Assembly: GCA_047495785.1 (NCBI GenBank)
Contig: JBLDXI010000033.1
Coordinates: 1,178,001-1,242,000, forward strand
Origin: Lepidodermella squamata
Taxonomy: Eukaryota; Animalia; Gastrotricha
DNA: 64,000 nucleotides
Direction: 5' to 3'
Part shown: piece after piece, positions 61,665-64,000 of the stretch
How the letters are laid out: the number at the start of each line of letters is the position of its first letter
How positions within the stretch are numbered: position 1 is the stretch's first letter
Notes under the pieces: model-generated
The model's database searches: none
Seen by the model: the letters and a program-made list of their open reading frames with translations, nothing else
Told to the model about the DNA's origin: nothing
Program-made: the position numbers and the translations under genes

Positions 61665-62339
61665 TTTGATTGAATGATAATTCGAACGGAAATGAAATGA
61701 TGAAATGATAAAGATCCGCAGTTATGATAGGATTTCGGCGATAAGTTCATTGGCTGTGTATCCAGATGCCCACGAATGTAGGAACACCTGCAGAATATAT
61801 CATGAAAACATGTTATGAAATCTACGCCATCGTTTTATCAAATAACACCTAGATATTAGAAACCACTGCTATCGAATCTGTTCCGGCTGAGATGTGAGAC
61901 TTGATAACTGGGGGCATTTGTACAGCTGCCCTATGCTTACGTCAATCAGAAACCAACTTTGTTTTATACTCAATTATGATGATTATTGCCTTATACATAC
62001 ATACCCTTGATCTCCAAACTCCAAATCAAAAGAATCCGAAAAGTGGATTTTTGTGTTACCGATATCAGCGATCTCAAAGAATCGCAAAGCCTCGAACCAG
62101 GAGCATTTTTCATTGGCGACCTCTCAAAGAAATGTGATAACCTATCTTTTATTCGAAACTAAGAAGCAAATGAGAAGTTGTGATAAAATGGTCAAAACCG
62201 GGTAACGTAAAGTCTTACTACGAAAGATTAGAATTACGGCAATTTGCTAGCGATTTTTTCAAACTCTTATTCAATCAATGTTAATTGAGAGTGAACCAAT
62301 GTACATTACCAATGTATTTGGATCGTGCATGCTTCTCGG

Positions 62340-62897
62340 TCAAATCAGTAAAGATGATAAAATTAATATCAAAACAGAACTAATCAAAATAAGATCCGTT
62401 GCAGTTCGCTGAGATGCGGACGAGTCCAGACCTCTTTTCACTATGATCTTTGAAGTCTTATTGCTCGATAGATCAGTGATCTCGACGGTGCCAACAGATG
62501 CAGCTGCGATCCCGGCATTTTTATACGCTTTGTCACCAAGCAGTTTGACAGCTCGGCACATAAATTTGGCGTCGATAGCGCGGCACAGCGTTGCATTCTC
62601 ACTTGCCTTGTCCAAGCAACTGCAAAAGGTATTGTCGCAATTTTCTTTACCACCTTGAATGTCATAGCAGGTATCGTGAGCTCTACAGCACCTATTCATC
62701 TTCCCTGAGAAAAAGAAATTTATTTCGGCAAATGGGTAAAACAAAAGGGAAATACATTTGACGTTCGAACATTGCAAGCTCAAGACGGTTTTTGCTAGAT
62801 TGTTCTGGCGTTCCGTTGTGCCGCATTCAAACTTAGAATCGACGATTGCTATGAGTTGGCATGCCACAAAGATAAGAGCAACGAGCATGAACTTCAT
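62340..62897 (-). CDS. Phospholipase A2-like protein, copy E, with probable GPI-anchor signal
   Basis: Exons 62897-62756 and 62704-62340 (the 51-nt intron is read through in the ORF track); CCRAHDTCY; ends DSSASQRTATDLILISSVLILILSSLLI*. Confidence 0.85.
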   Translation of the reverse strand: MKFMLVALIFVACQLIAIVDSKFECGTTERQNNLAKTVLSLQCSNVKCISLLFYPFAEINFFFSGKMNRCCRAHDTCYDIQGGKENCDNTFCSCLDKASENATLCRAIDAKFMCRAVKLLGDKAYKNAGIAAASVGTVEITDLSSNKTSKIIVKRGLDSSASQRTATDLILISSVLILILSSLLI

Positions 62898-63686
62898 GCT
62901 TTATTAAAATTAATTTAATATTAATTCAATTTATATAAAGTATTCCCATCTTTTGTGAGGCAGCGTTAGGGCGGACCCATATTATTTGCCATCCAGTGTC
63001 GCGGCTCTATGTGAGAACACCTGCCGAAACACTACGCCAACAGCGCCCATGTGCGCGAAACAAAGAAGCAAGCATTAATATTCTTCTACTGCCATATAGT
63101 ATTCACAGAAAAAAAAAGAAATGCTCTTAAGAACTTGGGCAAATTTTTGTACCATTCTCCATTGATTAATTGGAAATTTCTCAACTGATTCAGTGTAATG
63201 GATTATAAGCTGACAATGCGCACCAATCAAGTGTATGCGAGTGACGATTTGAAGTTTTCTAACTGTCAACATAAATTGACAGCACTCCTAATGAAAAAGT
63301 TTGTTCTATGACTTGAGAGCACGCGATTTAACCGGTAAGATTTAAGACAATTTGAGTTGAATTAGCCACCCAGAATCACTTGTCACTTGCTTTGATTTGA
63401 CCGCACTCTGTATGAAGTTATAAGTCATGCGAGATAGCAAAAACTCTTGATGAATCATTTCGGCATTTCGGTACTACAGCAGAGTCAGATCTCTCTGTGT
63501 TATTTTCCATGACTGCTCTCAAATCGGTTGCTATTATTGCGGTGCTCTTAAATCGCGTGCTAATAAGTCATAGAACCAAAAATATCCGATAAATAAATGA
63601 GTTAAATCTGTCAAAAAATTGGCACCACTGAAGTGCCCAGAAAAATCTATAACTTTCGCACTAATACGATACGCGTATTATACAAT

Positions 63687-63972
63687 ATGAGTAATGAATT
63701 TTACATGCTTTTAATAATTTCGATCATACCAATAATGGAGATAATCTCCGCCCAGGTACCCGAGCCGCTGCCAATCGAGTGCAGAAATGTTACAGGTAGT
63801 AAGGTTATTCTGATCTTAACTCAGTTACCGAGCCTGAAACACAGTTAGCGAAGCCGATGTTGGCGCATATATATTCAAGAAATACCGCGATGCCTGGCAA
63901 AGACCGAGACTGAACGCCAGAGATTCGTTAACAGTGAATATCGCACTCAGTGTTTCATCAATTAACGACGTA
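63687..63972 (+). CDS. 5' part of a Cys-loop ligand-gated ion channel subunit (continues beyond the window)
   Basis: Exon 63687-63795 encodes a signal peptide. Exon 63845-~63972 reads VSEADVGAYIFKKYRDAWQRPRLNARDSLTVNIALSVSSINDV, matching the pLGIC N-terminal helix-Y..RP..V.i.l.v.si.dv pattern. Confidence 0.7.
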
Positions 63973-64000
63973 GTAGGTCACTATCCAACAATCTGTAACT

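Noticed and set aside
1-64000. Prokaryotic-type features (operons, rRNA/tRNA, autonomous transposase)
   Set aside because: Genes are spliced; no RNA gene or transposase/RT ORF was recognised by eye (a tRNAscan/Infernal run would be needed to exclude small RNAs).

Overview
Eukaryotic (invertebrate animal-type) genomic DNA: AT-rich and gene-dense, with mostly ~50-60 nt GT-AG introns. All exon junctions were traced by hand and checked for frame. From left to right: a MAM-astacin-MAM-MAM metalloprotease (runs off the left edge); a ~9 kb non-coding block; a dispersed cluster of five intact EamA/SLC35G-type transporter genes plus one pseudogene; two unusually large (~455 aa) alpha-crystallin/small-HSP genes; an orphan coiled-coil ORF; a TRPM channel with altered gating residues; a PPxY single-pass membrane protein; a divergent cofactor-dependent phosphoglycerate mutase; a low-complexity protein ending in a PDZ ligand; a nest of non-autonomous DNA transposons; a MECR-like reductase lacking the catalytic Tyr; a TIR-NB-ARC-ankyrin NLR-like gene; a secreted EB-type Cys-rich protein; five tandem secreted PLA2-like genes; and the 5' end of a Cys-loop ligand-gated channel. 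The two strongest candidates for an undescribed system are (1) the giant sHSPs, which carry a four-repeat glycine-zipper helical domain plus a prion-like/FG low-complexity linker, show extreme codon bias, appear gene-converted in the crystallin domain and each lie downstream of an EamA copy, and (2) an animal TIR-NB-ARC-ANK receptor that retains the TIR catalytic Glu, an architecture reminiscent of fungal, plant and bacterial NLRs. No database searches were run; family calls rest on motif recognition.
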